Shown here piece after piece: positions 63,735 to 64,000 of a stretch of DNA of 64,000 nucleotides. Position 1 is the stretch's first letter; every line of letters begins with the position of its first letter. The position numbers and the translations under genes were made by a program. The DNA is taken from positions 186,001-250,000 of IMG/VR virus record IMGVR_UViG_3300005613_000001; one strand, 5' to 3'. Under the pieces are notes generated by a model. The model had not been told where the DNA came from, searched no databases, and saw only the letters and a list, made by a program, of their open reading frames with translations.

Positions 63735-64000
63735 TCAACCATAAACCGTATTATGCGTCCGGTTAACCCTTACAAACGTGGTACATTTAGATAGATCTCT
63801 TAATTTATCAGTACCTACATAGGCGCAAGCTGATCTCAAGCCTCCTGTAATTTCCTGTATGATATTCCTAACTGTCCCTTTATATGGCACAGTGACGCAT
63901 TTCCCTTCTGCTGCACGGTACTTCTTTAGCCCGCCTGAATATTTCTCATTTGCCCTCTTGGAAGACATGCCATAGAAAACTAATTCTCTACGACTATGTT
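63735..64000 (-). CDS. guaC: GMP reductase (GuaC), C-terminal fragment; 5' part outside the window
   Basis: FYGMSS, YRAAEGK, PYKG, GGLRSACAYVG, CTTFVRV; frame open to the window edge. Confidence 0.8.
   Translation of the reverse strand, partial: HSRRELVFYGMSSKRANEKYSGGLKKYRAAEGKCVTVPYKGTVRNIIQEITGGLRSACAYVGTDKLRDLSKCTTFVRVNRTHNTVYG

Noticed and set aside
1-64000. Stop-codon reassignment (alternative genetic code), as in some large phages
   Set aside because: Long conserved genes are intact in code 11, and TAA, TAG and TGA all end genes at expected positions
1-64000. Bacterial chromosome rather than phage
   Set aside because: Housekeeping genes appear singly, outside their normal operons, among many short unknown ORFs, homing endonucleases, a tail-tube paralog and T4-like late boxes; terminase and capsid genes are not in this window, so the phage call remains an inference

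Overview
This window looks like 64 kb of a large, AT-rich lytic jumbo/huge bacteriophage genome with T4-like features. It uses the standard code, is densely coded mostly on the minus strand, and shows no rRNA, tRNA or CRISPR array. Main contents: (1) host-takeover and proteostasis genes (infC, rpsU, def, tmRNA, dnaJ, groES, clpP, a prkA/yeaG-yeaH-spoVR operon, a sigma-70-type factor, a caspase-family protease); (2) a family-C replicative DNA polymerase (DnaE) split, without inteins, into two genes about 15 kb apart; (3) a dispersed glycan toolkit (HldE, a cytidylyltransferase-GHMP kinase fusion, two GT9-like proteins, GT2/GT32/GT77-like enzymes, a nucleotide-sugar dehydrogenase, four sulfotransferase-fold proteins, methyltransferases); (4) a PEP-CTERM surface protein next to a ThiF enzyme; (5) nucleotide and RNA metabolism genes (phoH, dCMP deaminase, guaC, RNA ligase, DHH and HD hydrolases); (6) mobile DNA (an intact IS607 tnpA/tnpB element apparently inserted in the 3' end of a GIY-YIG gene, plus three other free-standing endonucleases). 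A TA(A/T/G/C)ATA box resembling the T4 late promoter precedes many genes, including small proteins whose N-termini resemble the T4 capsid-targeting sequence. All calls come from motif recognition by eye; no database searches were run. The host is probably a diderm bacterium with an exosortase system (inference).
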